From positions 1-41,732 of IMG/VR virus record IMGVR_UViG_3300045988_038035: DNA of 41,732 bases. The stretch is one strand, 5' to 3'. The position numbers and the translations under genes are program-made. The stretch's first letter is position 1, and each line of letters opens with the position of its first letter. The notes beneath the pieces were generated by a model. That model was not told the DNA's origin, searched no databases, and worked only from the letters and a program-made list of their open reading frames with translations. This DNA comes from a virus. Positions 39,420-41,732 of this stretch are shown here, piece by piece.

Positions 39420-41732
39420 TTACGTCGCCTTTCTGCGCGCGATCTTGAGCTGTTCGTCCACTCTTGCGCGGTTCCAGTGTCGAATGCTCTTCCCTACGCC
39501 GAAGTCCTCAAATAGGGCCGCGCGCTGTTTATCGGAAAGCCCCTTCTGCTGATAAACAAGCTCCATGATCTGTAAGCCTTCGCTGTTGCTGATGGTTTCA
39601 CCGTTTTTGTCCTTCAGGCTTTTGATCCCGCCTTTCGCCAGATAGAGCACAATATACTGGGCTTCTGAAACGCCCGTTTTTTTGACGGTATCTATGGCCT
39701 TTGCCGCCCACCCGTCCGTTTGGTAATTGCTCACGCTCATTTTCCCAACGATGTTGGCATATTCGTAGGCTTTCGCAACGGCATCTGCCTTATCGCCGTC
39801 GCTCATGGACTTATAGCTCGCAAGTCCCGTGAGCTCGCTGACGATCTTATAGGAAGTCTGCCCGCGCTTTGTGGCGTACTTGACGTATTCCTCGCCGGTC
39901 AACTGTTTGTTTTCCTTATTCACGGTAAAAGATTTTGGCGCGCGCTGCGGCAGGACTTTGGACTCACCGGTCGCCTCATACAGGCGGCTCAATTCATCTT
40001 CCATTTTGCTGCCGCTTACCTTCGAGGTATACGCGGGATTCGCAAAATTGTTAAATGCCCGCGCGGCCACGCCTCCGGAGTTTTCCGTGCGCCCCCATGC
40101 GTCGATAAAGGGAATCTGCCCGTAGTCAACGCCCGGAATACGCGCGCTGGCCTTGCCGAGCGCATATTGCATATCCGGCGTCAGGAATTTGTTCTTATCC
40201 GTATAGGTCGTCATGCGCGTGCTTTCGCCCGTGCGCTCCGCCTGCCCGAAGACCGTCGGGATACCCTGCGTCAAATAACTCGTCGCCGCGCTTGCTACCG
40301 CACTGGTTAGTGCGTTTGTGTCCCCGGAGGACGCATACCCCACCGCGTCAAAAACGTCGTTCAGGCTTTGCAGACAGCTCATGGAAAGAAGCGGGTCCGT
40401 CACGTTGCTTGCTGCCTGAAGCATATCACTCATAGTGAGATACCCGTTGTTCGCCTGCATCTGCTCGTAAAGGTTTGCCCCGACGAAAAACGGAAGCGCT
40501 TCCGGCGCAAGCCAATCCAGCGTAATACTCGTGCCATTTGGCAGCTCCAGTGCGTATTCCTGATGCCCTTGCAGCTCGTCGAACTTTTTCTTCTTCTCGT
40601 CATCACCGCCGCTGCCGCGAAGAATGCCCTCTTTCGCCATATAAAGACCGAGCATCATCAGCCCCGTGCCGGTCAGTCCGGCGGCGGCCCGGTCGATCAT
40701 TTCGGTCGCCTGCATATTCCCTTTCTGCACCTGCACAAGGTCATAGCTTATGCTTTTGAGGAAACCAATAGGGCTGTATTCCACGCCGCGCACCAGAATG
40801 TTGGCTGGTGTCTTGCGGAACGGCAGGATTCCTTCGGTGAGGGTGCTTCCGAGGCGTTTCATCTTGTTATCCCCGCGGTATCTGCCGAGATCGGAGATCA
40901 TCTGTGAAAACGCATTGGTGTCTCGATAGGTCGCTTTCTGCGCCTCTCTGATCGCGTATTCGCGTGCCGCTTCAATGCCTTTCCCGCCAGATACCTGCTC
41001 CGCGGTAATGCCATTTGCTTTGCAGAATTGCGCCAGCGCCGCCGCGTAATGCGGCTTGGAGAACCATGCGTCTTCCGCATCCAGCGCCGTGCTGTTGAAT
41101 TTGCGCATCGCTTCCAGCAGCTTCGGTTTGAAGATCGTGCGTCCTTCCTCGATTTCCTGTCGCACATTGACATTATCATTGTACTTGCCGCTGCCGAGAG
41201 CCTGCTCGCGAATGTTGGCATAGTCACTCCATGCGGCCTTGATAAGCCCTGCGTCCTTCGTCGTCAGGATTGCCTTCGTGCGTCCGACTTTGCCGCCGCT
41301 CACCGCGTTCGCAGCGCTCTCAATGCCTGCGCCGATGACGTTCTTTACCGTGACAGCAGGAACAAATCCTACGTTTCCAACGATGTTGCGCACATGCGTG
41401 CGTGGATTACCAAGCATCGAAAAGTAGCGCCAAGCGTTCCATTTGTCAATGAAGCGGCTCGGCATCTGTCTGCCGATATCGCGATAGATTTCCTTCATCG
41501 CCTCGGTGCGCGCATCGTCGTCCTTCGCGTTCAGGAACTTCTCAGCGAGGTCGCGGTCAATCTTCAGATCAGGGGCCTTTTCCCCGTACTGCTTTTTGAG
41601 ATCTTCTGTCAAGTTCTCCACGCTGCGCTGCGCCGCATAAAGCTGCGTACTGGGGTCCTGCTGCTTGAGCAGCCGCGTTGCCTGCAACGCCTGTGCCGCA
41701 TTTCTCTGGCGCTTTACGATGGTGTCGAGCAC
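39420..41732 (-). CDS. Giant protein, 3' part (724 unique codons including TAA stop, plus 47 codons duplicated by the terminal overlap)
   Basis: Track ORF runs to the window edge. Its apparent GTG start is only the window boundary. The upstream continuation is nt 5175..142 of the circle. Confidence 0.8.
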   Translation of the reverse strand: MLDTIVKRQRNAAQALQATRLLKQQDPSTQLYAAQRSVENLTEDLKKQYGEKAPDLKIDRDLAEKFLNAKDDDARTEAMKEIYRDIGRQMPSRFIDKWNAWRYFSMLGNPRTHVRNIVGNVGFVPAVTVKNVIGAGIESAANAVSGGKVGRTKAILTTKDAGLIKAAWSDYANIREQALGSGKYNDNVNVRQEIEEGRTIFKPKLLEAMRKFNSTALDAEDAWFSKPHYAAALAQFCKANGITAEQVSGGKGIEAAREYAIREAQKATYRDTNAFSQMISDLGRYRGDNKMKRLGSTLTEGILPFRKTPANILVRGVEYSPIGFLKSISYDLVQVQKGNMQATEMIDRAAAGLTGTGLMMLGLYMAKEGILRGSGGDDEKKKKFDELQGHQEYALELPNGTSITLDWLAPEALPFFVGANLYEQMQANNGYLTMSDMLQAASNVTDPLLSMSCLQSLNDVFDAVGYASSGDTNALTSAVASAATSYLTQGIPTVFGQAERTGESTRMTTYTDKNKFLTPDMQYALGKASARIPGVDYGQIPFIDAWGRTENSGGVAARAFNNFANPAYTSKVSGSKMEDELSRLYEATGESKVLPQRAPKSFTVNKENKQLTGEEYVKYATKRGQTSYKIVSELTGLASYKSMSDGDKADAVAKAYEYANIVGKMSVSNYQTDGWAAKAIDTVKKTGVSEAQYIVLYLAKGGIKSLKDKNGETISNSEGLQIMELVYQQKGLSDKQRAALFEDFGVGKSIRHWNRARVDEQLKIARRKAT
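41592..41732. repeat. Terminal direct repeat, copy 2 (identical to 1..141)
   Basis: Same comparison. The length of 141 matches a k-mer overlap left by a de Bruijn assembler on a circular contig. Confidence 0.97.

Larger units (their letters stand above)
1..41732. mobile_element. Complete temperate phage genome, circularly closed (unique length 41,591 bp)
   Basis: Ends overlap by 141 identical nt. Gene content is one coherent phage (terS/terL/portal/scaffold/capsid/fibres/lysis, integrase+attP, cI/cro-like pair, replication genes) with no host flanks. Confidence 0.85.

Noticed and set aside
1-41732. Stop-codon reassignment (alternative genetic code), considered as an explanation for the in-frame TAA/TAG
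   Set aside because: TAA, TGA and TAG all terminate well-defined genes at normal lengths. For example, TAA ends portal, capsid and terL, TGA ends scaffold and the fibres, and TAG ends terS. Reading TAG as sense in terL would also destroy the GGGKS P-loop.

Overview
This window is a complete, circularly closed genome of a GC-rich temperate phage. The host looks Firmicutes/Clostridia-like, judging by strong GGAGG-type SD sites and frequent ATGA stop/start overlaps. The first 141 nt equal the last 141 nt, so the unique genome is 41,591 bp and the window is an arbitrarily linearised circle.

Nearly all genes are on the minus strand:
- Early/replication arm, 31229->20776: cro-like, N6/N4 methylase, 3D-domain protein, SSB-like, DnaD-like with internal iterons, DnaC-like, DUF1064, a C5-methylase-like gene with an in-frame TAA, HNH/AP2-like, MazG-like.
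- Late arm, 20462->1, continuing through the junction 41591->37674: terS, terL, portal, scaffold, capsid, collagen-like fibre, CBM5/12 protein, S74-chaperone fibre, virion proteins, one 2,448-aa giant ORF, then XhlA-like/holin/M15 endolysin. The giant ORF spans the junction, and its 5' part is missing from the ORF track.
- Accessory cluster, 37618->35304.
- Plus-strand lysogeny module, 31442..35096: cI-like, low-GC membrane moron, membrane-anchored XRE protein, tyrosine integrase. It ends at an attP carrying the 3' half of a tRNA gene.

No tape-measure, tube or sheath gene is recognisable, so the layout is podovirus-like.

Most notable observations:
1. The junction-spanning giant ORF.
2. A 56-codon segment inside it whose codon periodicity sits in another frame. 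That segment starts at RBS+ATG and ends at GAAAAAG-TAA.
3. A terL whose Walker-A region is split by 5 nt containing TAG between two Gly codons.
4. Four intergenic copies of a CCGTGGTGA...TGnTACGCT promoter-like motif heading the late units.
5. Palindromic iterons inside the DnaD-like gene.

All functional names come from motifs I recognise in the translations. No database search was possible.
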